Positions 37,401-51,185 of a stretch of 64,000 nucleotides of DNA are shown piece by piece. Positions within the stretch are counted from its first letter, which is position 1. Each line of letters begins with the position of its first letter. The stretch is taken from the NCBI GenBank assembly GCA_043228905.1, contig JBHGNT010000006.1, forward strand, positions 2,480,001 through 2,544,000, read 5' to 3'. The position numbers were made by a program, and so were the translations under genes. The notes beneath the pieces are model-generated. The model was given only the letters and a program-made list of their open reading frames with translations. It ran no database searches and was not told the DNA's origin. The DNA comes from Azolla caroliniana (lineage: Eukaryota; Plantae; Polypodiophyta).

Positions 37401-38819
37401 GGTTAAGGATTTCAAGGTTTGTATGGGAATAACTCTTATGTCTTTAAAATGAAATTAAAAAATATAATGGATAAGTTTGAAATCATAAAACAAACCTCAA
37501 TTATTGACCATGCAAAATTATGATTGATATCCTACAACAATAAAGATCAGGCGTGAGTTAAAAAGTCACAAAAGGAATGTATATAGGAGAATTGAAAACT
37601 ACATTATTGGTTTCTCTTTGAATTACATGCATGCATAAATCGAATGCATTTGCTTCATGATATCAATATGTATTTCAAACTACGCGTGAAATGGTAGATA
37701 GTGTATCTACACTATTACATTGAAAAACTATAATGTTTGAGGCACACAAGTCCAAGGTCATGACACCATTTCTTTTGGGCCTTCTAGGTGTAACAACCCT
37801 TGAGTATTTGTAAAAAGCAACAACCACTCGTGTTTTTCGTAGTGTATGGGTTTCACCAAGCGGAATCGACAAGATTACGAATGTGATTATCATCTAATTG
37901 GACGCGAAAACTATGGGGGTTGAAGACACTTTGAGGCCTATTATGTGGATCATGAATGCGAGATTATCAATAACATAATTTACGGCGGAAAGAAGTTGTT
38001 AAAATCCACTAATATAAGATGGGAATGTGGCATTAGAGCAATCAGCGAGCGTAAGGATAGAGTAGCAGATAAGCAATTGCGATTAGTAACGCCAAGATCA
38101 ATGATACCATTTTGTTAATCCAATATGTAAATCGAGTTGTTAATGCTTAATGTAGGGCGTGGATCATTAAGTTGCAAAGCACAAAAGACATTGCAAAGCA
38201 TAGCATAATGTGTGACATAACATGTTGCCTCTCGTAGTGACGGAACATCCATCATCTTGCAATGGATTTTTGCAAAAACCAATAGATTGCATGGGGGCTC
38301 CTCCATAAAGAATGAAGGGTATTTCTATGTAATCAATGAGCGCAGCGTGGGAGGCAAAAAACCGCACAACCCCCCCTTTTTTTTTGTAAGAGATTCGAGA
38401 ACCGATTCTGGAGAGAACACGTAAAAAAAAAACTTTCACGAGCCGACGGCCCTAGGAAAAGGGGCGCACGCCGACAACTACTTTTTTGCTTTGTCATCTC
38501 TCACTCTCTCATAGAGACTAGAGTAGCCTTTTTTATTTGTCAAACTGCTTTCTTATGAGCAAGTGGCATGAGATATTTGGACGGAGGTCATTTTTGCAAT
38601 TTCGTCCAAGTTTGGGAGGACACATTTGTAATTAGCAGAAAATATATAGCTCGGAACTGGAAGGGAGGAAGTTAAAAAGAAAAAAAACACGATGAACCCA
38701 TAGCCAAAGGGACCACACAAACAGTCTCTTCCCCCCCTCTGTTCATTCATTCCTCATTCATTCATTTATTCATTCATTCATCCATCCATCCATCCATCCC
38801 TCCTTCAAATGTTCATCAG

Positions 38820-39536
38820 ATGAAGATTTTTCTGCAACTGTGCGATTTCCTTCCCACATTCTTCCCCCTGTTCTGTCTGTTTCAGAGGAGCCGCTTCTTT
38901 CCACTTCTGGCCCTAATTATGTGCCTAAGAAAGAAGCCCACCCCAAAGGTTCAAAGCTTAGAGGAGTCAGAGGTGCCCAATGCATCAATATCCCTCCTAG
39001 ACCTTCCAGATTTAGTATTGGAGATCATACTGTCGAAATTGCCCCCTCAGAGCTTATGCAGAGCATCCTCTGTTTCAAAGGAGCTTTTCAAGGTATGTAG
39101 TAGTGATCATCTATGGATACCTCATGTGGCTTCTAGATGGGGGAATGTGGCAGGGGACATGGCTTATAATGAGTGGAAGAATTGGAGTGTGAGTAGCCCT
39201 TGTAAAGCAGAGGATGTGGACTATGTGATTAAGCCATTCCTGTTAATGAAATGGCCTCTGTCATGCCTTTGGAACCATTGGAGGAAATTTCATAATCCCA
39301 AGTTGAATGATCAAAATCATCATCATCATCGACATGATCAAGGTCATGATCAACATCATCCACCATATTATCGTCAACACCATTACCAACATTATCATCA
39401 ATATCGACATCATCGTCAACGAAGACAGCATTTGATCGAATACGATCGAACTTCTTACATGCCGTGGTTTGCCACACTAGAGAGCGGCGCCTTTTGGTTT
39501 CCTGCTCAAGTCTACAACCGCGAGGTATACAATACA

Positions 39537-39577
<41 letters not shown>

Positions 39578-39878
39578 CATCATGGATATGTCTTTGATCA
39601 TCCTGCTACATGTCATTATGGACATGTCTTTGAATAACATCTTCCTCTACATGTTTAGATCATCATGCTATATATATATATATATATATATATATCTCAC
39701 CATGAGTCTCTCTTTCATACATCTCCCCCTAATGTAGATCACCTATGCTATATGTATCTCACTATGGACATGTCTTTGATACATCTCTCTTCAGTTTAGA
39801 GCATCATATTATATATAAATTACACCTCTCTTCAGGATAGAGCATTGCGGTATAATAATGCTACTATGCATATGTATT

Positions 39879-39910
<32 letters not shown>

Positions 39911-41317
39911 AGTTTAGACCACCATGTTATGTCTCATTATGGATATGTCTTTAATCTTCATTGATTTGGACATTCAATCTAGATTGAGATCCCATTTAGG
40001 CAGGGCTAGTGATATCTCACTAATGTAAAGCATTGTGTTACCTGACACACGACCTTATTTTCTGAGATCCCATTGAGGCAGGGCAAGTGATATCTCTCTA
40101 GTGTAAAGCATTGTGTTACCCCGACACCTGACTTTAATTTCTGTATAATCGTATGTAACGGTTAAAAAAACATGGCAATAGTACCCCGCACATTCGATTC
40201 GATTATTTTTCTTCGACTCATAAAAAAACAAAGGCTTCTCAGACATTCTCCAAATATGTAGTAGGCTTTGATTTGGGATTTCATATGCTCTTTAGGGGGG
40301 GGGGTAGATTCAACTAGGGTATAAGTATTCAATGAAGATTTACAAGAAGACATAATTTACTCTGCTCCATGATTTGGGTTTGGATGTACAGTAATGTTGC
40401 ATAATTACACTCCTCTTTAGCAGAAAAGGCAGTAGCAGTTTTTTGATGCCCATTTTTTGGTTGTCCTTTTACAGCATGGACATGTGGGTTTCTTGCTATC
40501 ATGCTATGATGCCGAGATTTGCTACGATCGCCACTCTGATACCTTTACCGCTAGGTATGTACTATTGTACATGAAAGCTTCTTTCTTCTTCAGTTTCTTT
40601 GCAAAATGGAGTAATAATATTTACATGCATCGATTTGATGGGCTCTCTCAAGCATAATTTGTCTCTTTTGTTTTTTTCTGTTGGCTTTTGTTCCCCTGCA
40701 AAGGTACCCGCCCCACGGCTCTTGTTCCCTCCTTATCGAAGAAGGTGTTTCGTGGCATCGGCTACGAGCTCCACCGGTTCCCGCAACTGCCCATGAGCTC
40801 TACGTTTCGGACTCCCTCGAGGATTTAAGACCCGGGGATCACATCGAAGTCCAATGGAGACGGAACAAAAGGTTTCCCTATGGTATGCCTTGTGTCCTTA
40901 GAAACCGATGCTATAGATTCGTGATTTTGCCTTTGGAACACTATTATTAATTGGATTATCTTTCTATAGGATGGTGGTATGGAGTAGTAGGGCATCTCAA
41001 TACATGTGATAAGGACCCTCAAACTTGTCATTGCCATGTACACGGTGAGTTCACTTCTTCATTATCGATGAACCGAAAATATTGATAACAGTCTTGGCTA
41101 ATACGATTTAGAATTGAGTGCCGTAACAGAGCTGGTATGGCTAGAGTTCAACCAATATGCTTCGGGCTCTCGATGGAGGAGAACGGCCATCAACCGGAAG
41201 AATCATCAAGAAAAAGGTAATGATACCGAAGGATTCTATGCGGGGATCCGGAAGCTACATTCCGAACAAGAGATCGGTGCTTGGAAACAACTCTGGCCTA
41301 TGGAACCATTAGAGTAG
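38820..41317 (+). CDS. F-box protein, At2g26850/At2g32560-like; exons 38820(or 38919)-39524, 40475-40554, 40704-40882, 40970-41044, 41130-41317
   Basis: F-box [19 protein letters not shown]; family motifs [16 protein letters not shown]|[32 protein letters not shown]|[23 protein letters not shown]; all introns GT-AG with compatible phase. Confidence 0.92.
39985..40135. repeat. 78-bp tandem duplication in F-box intron 1
   Basis: tgagatcccatt(t/g)aggcagggc..gtgatatctc..tgtaaagcattgtgttacc at 39985 and 40063. Confidence 0.85.
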
Positions 41318-41383
41318 CTAACCTCTTTACTCGTTCGACGCGAGGATATTTTGTTGGTTTTGCTAACCAACTCGAGAACTAGA

Positions 41384-41489
41384 GCATGTCTTGTCCAAGT
41401 CTCCAACTTGTATCTATCATCTTCCATCTTTAGGGACTTTCAAGGACGAGGGGCATGTCTTGTCCAAGTCTCCAACTTGTATCTATCAT
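41384..41489. repeat. 37-bp direct repeat in F-box 3' UTR
   Basis: gcatgtcttgtccaagtctccaacttgtatctatcat at 41384 and 41453. Confidence 0.9.
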
Positions 41490-42794
41490 ATTTTCCATCC
41501 TACATTAAGGGTGGAGCAAATTGCAATTATTTTCTTCCTTGGACATAAATATAACCTTCTTCAAGGGCACCATTTCAGCGAGCCCTTGCAAAATGCTAGA
41601 ACGAAAGGTTCCAATATCCTCTTGGTAAGTTTATCAAAATGTTTTTTCTTTATATGAATGGGATACCGCAATGCATTGGAGCAAATTGAGCATTCTAGGT
41701 AATTTTTTAGTAAAAGTAACCGTCAATAATCATATGAAATGAAACACATCTGTCATCAATCTCAAAAATATAAACAATAACTGTAGGTTATTATATTTAA
41801 CCTCAACTCATATTAACAAAAATTTATGTGAAATTAAAAACATCAATCTCAAAAATATAAAATATAACCTTATGCTCTAGTTAACCTCATCTAAGAAACA
41901 AATGCTATTTGAAAGGTGACATATTTATGAGCTAAACCATCCTACATCTTCCTATCAATTCGATCGATTTCTCTATATCTTGACATGGAAATGGATGCCT
42001 CTTGTGTAGTATTTACCCCTCCTTTCTTACTCATGGAAGTGGATTATTGTTTGATATTGGGCGTATGTCACGAAAAAAAATTGAGCTTCCTATAAAAAGT
42101 CCAAGAGCATTTGAATCAACGTAGTAGTAACAAGATGTGGATGATCACTCTTGTCATGTCCATGGTGCTTATGCCTACTTCTAAATCTCTTGAAGGTGAT
42201 TCACATTGTTGCCCAAGTATACAATAAATGAAAAAATGAGAATTTCTCGTTCTAATTCACATTGTGCTTGGCTGGAAAAAAACTAGAGTAGTTGATTTGT
42301 CAAGTCCAAGTGGAACTACTCAGCAAATTTTATGTGCTACAAACACTTATGTGTTTACTCTCTCAAAAAGTAGAAGGAAAAATAACATATTTTCATAAAT
42401 TTGCCTTGGTAGTTGGCCTTAGATGTGCAAGTAGCACATGTATTTCTCACTTGAAAACGAATCTGGGATATTAAGTTGTGAAATGAACTAATAATATAGC
42501 CATATCCCTCTCTAAAGAAAACAACCCGTAAAGTTCCCAAGTGAAGTTGTGGTGGAGGGCTTGCAAATCTAACCATGCAACATAGTGTTCTTAGATGAAA
42601 CTTAAACATCTTGGTACAATTGACGTTATAATATTGCTAGTTGTCCTCAATTTGGGTTTGACAATTATTTAAAATGTTTTGAAATAGCTTGTGTGTGGGC
42701 CACAGGAATAACACAATCAATCTCTAATATTGTTGGAAAATTGGATTAGATAATTGAAGTCACTCACTTATTGCTACAATTCACATGATGTGGC

Positions 42795-43145
42795 CCTAAT
42801 ACCTTTTAATATTAAGTTTTGAAATATACTTCTACTTCTTTTTAAATGAATAACTCCCGCCCCATGTATAATATGATGATATGCACAATCTTTTCATGGA
42901 GAGCTCCCATTTTTTTACGAAATATTCAACGAATCACAACATCGCATATGAATAATTATGTCTTATGGCAGTACCCAAATAACTTTTAATACTAAGTTTG
43001 CAATCTACTTTACGATGTTTTTTAAGGTTTAACACCCAACAATGTTTAATCAGATGACACGCATAATCTTTTCATGGAGAGCTCCCATGCTAAACAAAAT
43101 ATATGATGAATCACAATATCGCATATGGCAAATTTTGCCTTATGC
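42795..43145. repeat. Diverged about 180-bp tandem duplication
   Basis: aatcttttcatggagagctcccat..gaatcacaa(c/t)atcgcatatg present twice about 180 bp apart. Confidence 0.75.
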
Positions 43146-43199
43146 TCATTCACAGATATTCCCTAGATCTTTAGGGTGATGAGTCTATGTACATTGCAA

Positions 43200-44880
43200 A
43201 ACCTTATATTTCTTCATGGGGTTATGGAAAAAAGCCACTTACTTGCTCAACACAAGAAATGGCCTAAGGCGATTAAGATTGGAGCCCCTATCAAGTTACA
43301 AGTCACATCAAAGTCTCGATTGTTGCATGAAGCTCTTTCACCATCATGTTTGGGTAAAGTCATTCTCAAACAAAATGAATGTTTGCAATCCCTGTCACTC
43401 TCGAGCATCACTTTAGAGTCATCAATTAGGTGCAATAATTGGGAAGTCAAAATTCCAATCAATAATGCAAAACCAATTTGTCAAATAAATGAGTTTATTG
43501 AATTGGTGAATGCACCCCATTTTTTCCAGAGAGGAGGGATGCATTTCTCATATGCCAAATATGCCATAATCCCAAATACTACAAGAAGAAGTGGAAACAC
43601 ATAAACATAAATGCAAACACATACACTTTTTTCTCATCACAATAGAAAAAACACCACCATGACTAGCTTACAATGGAATTCAGATCCCTTTGGAATCCAG
43701 ATTACCAAAACTAACCTACAAAGAACTTTGGACTTGTCTTCGATTTGAATACTAAGAACTCATATTCTCTTTTCCTTGTCTTTTTGCAAATGTGTGTTTT
43801 GTTACAACATGACAATACAAAAGGCCCATATTATCCTTATTGCAATATTAAGGATTGTGCAACAAGGTAAACCCTTTAAAGTGTTACAATACTAAGTGAT
43901 ATAAAGAGGTCTCCTCTAAGGATAAGGTGCCCATTGATGTTTGTAATGAAAATTGTCAAATCAAATTTCCTTTTAACGTACAAATTGTTGTTGTACTCCA
44001 TGGAGACCACCAAACAAGAACCCATTTCTCTAGCTTGGAACAAGAGCCCCAATCCTAAGGGTAAAGCTCTAGTTGCCTTAGAGAAAACCCACTAAAAGGG
44101 TGCCAAAGCATCCCTAGTTAACAATGCCCATTTTGCCTTAGCAATTGGGTGTGTAATGAATCTATGTTTGGCATCCTCCACAATCATTGATGCATAAGAA
44201 AAAATGCCCCGTTGGAAATGTGTTGGCGTTTTAAAGCCATTTCCAAAAACAACCTACCCACCATTGCTTGCCAAAGAAACACATCCGCACAACATGTATA
44301 TATATATAGACAAGAATGTCATTCTACATCCAAAATTTGATGCCAATATATAAAGGCCACGATATGTATGTGTGACTCCAAATCAACATTTTGCACGATT
44401 ATAAAGCCAAGCATTGCATGTGATTGAGATTGAACTCAAACTTGAGATTTCCTTCAACCCCAATTGTATATAGCCACAAGGATGCATGAACCTCTTTTGG
44501 TAAAGAATTAACATATTTTCTACACTTAGGTAGTTGCCACTTGACCAAATTTGAACTCCTTTGTCAAATTGTGCATTAATTGTCGAACCATATTAGATTT
44601 TGAGCATTTCAACAATGGGTGGTCACTATTAACACGCCACCTATTCACCCATGGTGGATATCGACATTCTCCACAAACAACAAATTGTCTTAGAGCTCAA
44701 AGATTGGGTTCTTATACACATACCATTGAGAGAGGCCAAATCTTGGAGCAACCAATCGTATGATCCTCCAAAGATTAGGAGAGGAATGCTCCTCCTGAAG
44801 CGCTTTGGGGTAGTGATACAACGACTCCATGGAACTCAACGAATCCCAATTCTCAACTCTTTTCTTCCACAATGTGCATT
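43200..44880 (-). mobile_element. Highly decayed LINE remnant
   Basis: Across frameshifts, LWKKRVE..GIR*VPWSRCITTPKRF at about 44875-44795 parallels LWRKGEMMGVTWISWNHLATPKRLG of the LINE at 27640; boundaries uncertain. Confidence 0.4.
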
Positions 44881-44929
44881 TTGATGAATGAACGAAATGA
44901 CCAAGTCACTTCTTTGTCTAACAATTGGC

Positions 44930-45018
44930 AACGGTTCGGTTCGGTTTGAGAGGGTAAAAACCGAACCGTTATTTAAAAAAAAAACTTGAACCGAACCGAA
45001 CCGAACCACGAAACCGTT
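44930..45018. repeat. Cluster of AACCG/CGGTT direct and inverted motifs upstream of the putative MAP70 first exon
   Basis: aacggttcggttcggttt..aaaccgaaccgtt..aaccgaaccgaaccgaacc; common plant MITE-like subterminal motif. Confidence 0.6.
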
Positions 45019-45779
45019 AATTTTTTTGTCCCATTGTTCTTCTGATGCTTCTTCTTCTTACTACTTAGGCAGGGAAGGGAAGTGGAGGGGACGGGTTCGA
45101 ATGCCGCTAACGCCGCTCTCGCCCTTCTTCTCCTCCATTTCTGCACCCCACGCACACCCACAGACATATCTCGCTGCTCGCTTCCTGCTTCCTGCTTCCT
45201 GCTTCCTGCGTCTCATCTCCTCAGCCTTCAGGCCTCCTCCTCCTCCATGGAGCTCCCTCTCACGGTTCCCTTTACTCTCCCTCTCATGAAGCACCTCCCC
45301 CCTTCGACGTTTCCACTTCGTTTTCTTCGTCGATCTCTCAGAAGACGACTCCCCTTCGCTTCCTGAAGTCTCCTGTGTAATTGTCCCTCATCTTTCCCCC
45401 TCATGTTCCCCAGGTCTCCCGTGAAATATTTCCCCACTTTTCCTGTGGATTCTTCCTCCTCGAACTTGCAGAAGCTTCCCCTCTCTTCTTGGCGTTTCGC
45501 TTGAAGCTTCCTGCAGAAAATTGCTACATTTCGAACCTTTCTTACTGAAGATTTCATCCGATGCAGAAACATATCTTCAACAGAATGTGAAGGGAACTAT
45601 ACAATTTTACAGAGAAGAATGCTCTACAGGGTTAGTAGTGTTCATCCATAGCTAGACAGATAATCTGTCTCACGCTTTATACAAAGACATTCTTGCGTTT
45701 GTCACTGATGTTTTGAACCATGTATGATTCAAAAGTCTTCTGCTACTGAATTATGCTAGAAAAATCAGAAAATAGTTTC

Positions 45780-46600
45780 CTCAAAACCACTGAAAATAAT
45801 CAAATGATTTGGTTATCATCCAGGGCTGAATTAAGTTCGAGAAAGAACGTGGTCAGATTGAGGTGTTCTTTTGTTTCTGAATTAAGATAGAGAACTGATG
45901 TAAGTTTAACAATCAAATGGTTCCATCATCAATTCGGTTACAGGAAATGAGAACTGGATTTAGGCTAACAATAAAATGGTCGCATAATCTTTTGTTGCTG
46001 AATTAGCTATTACAAATGAGATCACACTATTTTGACTATCAAAGGAATTTGTTCCACCGAATTAGAGTTGAAGATTTGACACCGTTCCTATCTTTTTGAC
46101 AATGAAATGCTTCCATGATATTTAGATGCTGGATAAAATTTGAAAATGAAACTAAATTTAGTTAGAACTGGTTAACAAAAATATAGTTCCATAATGTCTC
46201 ATTACTGAATTAGATTAGAAATCAACGAGAGCTGGTTAACTAGAAATGTTTTGATAATATTTAGTTATTGAATTTGGCTAGAAAAGAAGGAGACTGGTTT
46301 TGGTCGGAACTGGTTAACAATTGATAAAAGGTTCCATAATCTTTTGTTACTGAATTAGGCTGAAAAAAAGAGAGAACGGGTTAACAATGGAATGACTCCA
46401 TTTACTGAATTAGATTAGATAAAGATGAGGGCTGGCTTTGATTGGAACTGGTTAACAATCATTTGTTCCAGAATCATTTGAGGAAAAGGAAAACTAGCTT
46501 AGGCAAGAAATTTTCTACAATGAAATGATTCTCCAACTTTTTATTGCTAAATTCTAGTTAGATCAATGAGAACAGCGTGCTTAACTATGAATAGTTTCAT
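45780..46600. repeat. Degenerate about 60-70-bp tandem repeat in the presumed MAP70 5' UTR intron
   Basis: Recurring ctgaattag..agagaactggttaacaat..gttccataat. Confidence 0.65.
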
Positions 46601-47054
46601 GCACAATGTCAACAACGTTATTTATGCTGTAAGACATTCTGTACAAAATGATCTATCTTTGCAAATGCAGGTTTACGTAATGTCTTTTCTAGTTCTCATA
46701 GTTTTGCATATAAAATATAGACATAGAGGCAACCGCCCATTTATTATCTCTAAATCATTGCTGTGCGTTGTCTTTTGTGACTCGAGATGCTAAAAAATGA
46801 GATCTGCTTCTAGTTCACGAGACTTGCATTTAAGGACTAAATTAAGCAATCATTGACATCATTTCATTCCATGCCATTTAGATCTATTCTTGGATTTGGA
46901 GATATTTTGTACATTGTTGGCTGATGTTGTTTTCATCTGTTTCTGTAGCTCAACTTTGTTATCGATAGAGCTCTTGTATGATGGTTACATGCTGCTTGTA
47001 GGTTTTGTGTCACAATGAATGTACCTGACCTATGATGTAACTGTGGTCTTTCAT

Positions 47055-50000
47055 ATGGAGACTCCAATATTTGATCTTACAAATATCACTGATGAAGATG
47101 AAACCTTTCTAGAACATCAGTACAGAAATGGAAATAAACTACCTGATCGTAACACTGGCCCATACCTCTCTCCAATGTTGTCAAGATCAGAATCTAAACT
47201 CAAACGGAAGAACTCACTAAACAAAGGTGTCGAGTCAGATGAATTCCTTAACTCTCTACCAGGTTCAGATCCATTGAGATTGGAGCTTGTTCGCCTTGAA
47301 AATGAAGTTCGAGGTATGTAAATATCTTCTGAATAGTTGTATTTCATGCTTCTCTGCATCAAAATGTTCATTATCAGTTAGTTTTCTGTTTTTTAATTTG
47401 TTTATGACACCGTCTTTTTCCAGATAAAGATCGGGAAATTTCTGAACTACAAGCTGAGATCAAAGCATCGAGAGTTCAAGAGCGTAACAAGCAGAGGGCT
47501 TTTGAAGATGTGTCATCTCTTAAATCTTTGATCTGTTTTATTATTTGCTATGTCAGTCAAAAATATTAATCAAAGTTTGACTCATTAAATATAGGTTTCA
47601 GATGCAAAGCAAAAGATAGAGGAAAAACTTAAGCAGTCAGAGCTACTTTTGGAAAATAAGGTACTCCTAAGACATTGGATTGGAAGGCTCATTTATTGAT
47701 TTTACCTGACATTTTAAATTCATTCGTCGAAATATTGTTTATTAACACAGAACCTTGAGTTAAAAAAGATTAATGATGAGAAAAAAGCAGCACTTGCAGC
47801 TCAATTTGCTGCAGAAGCAACATTGAGAAGAGTTCATGCTGCACAAAAAGATGATGATATGCCGCCGATTGAGGCTATTCTTGCTCCTCTTGAGGCAGAA
47901 TTAAAGATTTCCCGTCAAGAAGTATGTATATTTGTTCATAGAGATTGACGTTCTTCTATCATATCTAGAACATTTTTCCTTGAAGCTGTTAATCTATTAT
48001 ATCCAGAATAATCTGTCTTACCAGAAGAATTGAACTCTGGGGTTTTCTATTTAACTATACAGATTGCAAAGCTTCAGGAAACTAACAGGGCACTTGATAG
48101 ATTGACAAAATCTAAGGAAGCTGCTCTATTGGATGCTGAGAGAACTGTGCAAATTGCAGAGATCAAAGCTTCTATGGTTGATGAATTACAAAACCGCAAT
48201 CAAGAGTTGATGAAACAAATAGAAATATGCCAGGTATACTGGAATTTGGATATCATAAAGAAAAAATGGAGACTTAAGTCAAGGTGTTTTCAGAACATAG
48301 AAGGTCAAAGTTTGATCAAGGTGTAAGTTTTCAGAATATAGAAGGTCAAAGGTTGATCAAGGTGTAAGTTTTCAGAACATAGAAGGTCAAAGGTTGATCA
48401 AGGTGTAAGTTTTCAGAACATAGAAGGTCAAAGTTTGATCAAGGTGTAAGTTTTCAGAACATAGAAGGTCAAAGGTTGATCAAGGTGTAAGTTTTCAGAA
48501 CATAGAAGGTCAAAGTTTGATCAAGGTGTAAGTTTTCAGAACATAGAAGGTCAAAGTTTGATCAAGGTGTAAGTTTTCAGAACATAGAAGGTCAAAGGTT
48601 GATCAAGGTGTAAGTTTTCAGAACATAGAAGGTCAAAGTTTGATCAAGGTGTAAGTTTTCAGAACATAGAAGGTCAAAGGTTGATCAAGGTGTAAGTTTT
48701 CAGAACATAGAAGGTCAAAGGTTGATCAAGGTGTAAGTTTTCAGAACATAGAAGGTCAAAGGTTGATCAAGGTGTAAGTTTTCAGAACATAGAAGGTCAA
48801 AGGTTGATCAAGGTGTAAGTTTTCAGAACATAGAAGGTCAAAGTTTGATCAAGGTGTAAGGTTATTGGACTTTACATTAAAAATATTTGGAACTTAAATC
48901 AAGCTCTAATGTTTAGAACACTGAATTGAATTTTGATCATTATGCAAATAGAATTATGCCAGATATATTGGATTTTACACAGAAGCACAGAAAGCATTTG
49001 AGACATTAAGTCAAGATCTAAATGTAAAACATAGAGATATAGAAGCTAAAGAAATATTTGGCGTTTATTGGAATTTATAAAGGAAACAATTCAAGATTTA
49101 AGTCAAGATCTATTTTTTTAGAAAAAAGGGAGTCTTAACATATCTTTAGCTGTGAGGCAGGAGGAAAACAAAATTTTGGACAAGATGCATCGACAAAAAG
49201 TTGCAGAAGTAGAGAAATTAAGCCTCACAGTCGCTGAACTTGAAGAAGCAGTTCTTGCTGGAGGAGATGCTGTGAATGCAGTGAGAGAGCGTCAACGGCA
49301 AGTCAAGAAATTGTTGGTTAGTTGCATATCTATTTTTAACACCCAAAGCTAAGACTGTAGCTTTTACACAAGCGAAGAATGAAGAAACTCTATTTAATTT
49401 AATATTTATTTTGGCAAGACTCTGAAACACCCAAATTTCTTTTTATTTCCCTTGTCCACAAGTTTTGCTGTTTACCCAAATGCCTTGATCATCTTCCAAA
49501 AGAGCAAGTTTATGGTCATTTTTTCTCCTTATTCTCACCTATGAGAGTTGACCATGGGCATTTATGGAAAAAACAGAAACCTAGTTATTTTGTGGAATTA
49601 AAGAAAAATTAAGTGTATTTTGGAACTTTTGCTTTTTTATTACTTCAAAGCAAAGAAAGTTTAAGAATTGCTGGTTTGTGGAATATTTATAGCTTCAAAA
49701 CTCTTTTTTCAAGTGTCTGTTTTCTTTTGTCAGGAAGAGAAGAGAACGCTTGAAAGGGAATTGGCTCGGACTAAGGTATCAGCGAATAGGGTAGCATCTG
49801 TTGTTGCAAATGAATGGAAAGATGCTAGTGACAAGGTGATGCCTGTAAAGCAATGGCTAGATGAGAGAAGATTTCTGCAGGTATGAAGGGCTAACACTGA
49901 TACCAATATATTTATTACTTGGGGTTTTGGCCATGGTTCAGGCATGAGAACTATACATAATTGCCAAATGATTGATACTGGAGGACCACTGGCAATTGTT

Positions 50001-51185
50001 GAATTCATTAAAAAACACATTTTCTATCTCAGCTCTTAGCATTTATAAGGTTTAATAACCTATTTAAATTGCTCAACATAATGACAAATTATACTGCTTG
50101 CTAAAGCCCGAACATCCAAGCAAAGTGGGGCCTCAAAAAAATTACATTCACTGGTTTGATTTTGAAGTCATTTCTCTGTTCTTATATTAATAAAAGCTTC
50201 ATTTTCCAGGGGGAGATGCAGCAGCTTAGGGAAAAACTGAGTATAGCAGAGCGAGCAGCTAAAACAGAAGCACAGCTGAAGGTTCTTTTTTCTTGGCACA
50301 TCCTAATCTAAAATATTAAATTTCATTTCTTCCAACTATTCTTCAATAGGACAATAAAACCTGCTGTATTTCTGGTTTTAATCAGGAGAAATTTCAGTTG
50401 CGTTTAAAGGTACTTGAAGATAGTCTGAGATTGCAGAATGGTGTTTCACGAAGAATTCTCACGGTTGGCGAGGAGAATCTGCAAGCACATAGTGGTTCTA
50501 GGAGACAATCAATATGTGGAGTTGAGAATGCTTCAAGAACTACTGCAAATAGACGCCGTACTTCATCTTCACACATTAAAAGCTCTGCGCCTAACTCTTT
50601 TATGCTTCAAAATATGAAGCTAACATCAAGGTCCTTGGATGGAGGTAGACCAGATGTTAGCATAAGTAGGAACAAATTTCTATCAAACAGCTTGGAAGAT
50701 CTTGAAAATAAGATAACTTCAGCGTCTGTAGAGGAAATGGCATCAACATCTATAAATACTTCACAAAAGATTGATTATAGGACTAAAGTCACAGATGGGA
50801 CAGATGATATGGTCTCTAGTTTATTATATGATATGCTGCAGAAAGAAGTTATTGCTTTGAGGAAAGCTAGCCACGAGAAAGATCAAAGTCTTAAAGATAA
50901 AGATGATGCAATTGAGGTGTACTATCTGCTAACCACAAAATACTCATTAGTTTGTGTATGATATGAATAAATGCTAAATGGGCTGACAATCATGGATATT
51001 TATAGATGCTTGCGAAGAAAGTTGACACCTTGACAAAAGCAATGGATGTTGAAGCAAAGAAGATGCGAAGAGACATGACCAATATGGAGAAGAAGGTAGC
51101 TGCTGCAATCCAAGTTGACCATTCGAGACGACAAGGCAATCCCAGAGGATCTTTAAATGTTCCCCAGCCAAATTCAGGAAGATGA
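47055..51185 (+). CDS. MAP70: Microtubule-associated protein 70; exons 47055(or 47019)-47313, 47424-47509, 47595-47660, 47751-47921, 48063-48233, 49161-49316, 49734-49880, 50210-50281, 50386-50916, 51006-51185
   Basis: GSDPLRLELVRLENEVRDKDRE, AQFAAEATLRRVHAAQKDDDMPPIEAILAPLEAELK, EENKILDKMHRQKVAEVEKL, VANEWKDASDKVMPVKQWL, LYDMLQKEV..KDDAIEMLAKKVDTLTKAM; all GT-AG junctions in phase. Confidence 0.96.
48287..48860. repeat. Minisatellite, 14 x 41 bp, in MAP70 coding intron 5
   Basis: TTTTCAGAACATAGAAGGTCAAAG(T/G)TTGATCAAGGTGTAAG; 574 bp = 14 x 41. Confidence 0.98.

Noticed and set aside
44973-45572. ORFs in GC/CT-rich island
   Set aside because: Low-complexity translations; better explained as the MAP70 promoter and 5' UTR exon
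48287-48860. CRISPR-like array
   Set aside because: Units are contiguous and identical with no unique spacers, there are no cas genes, and it lies in a eukaryotic intron
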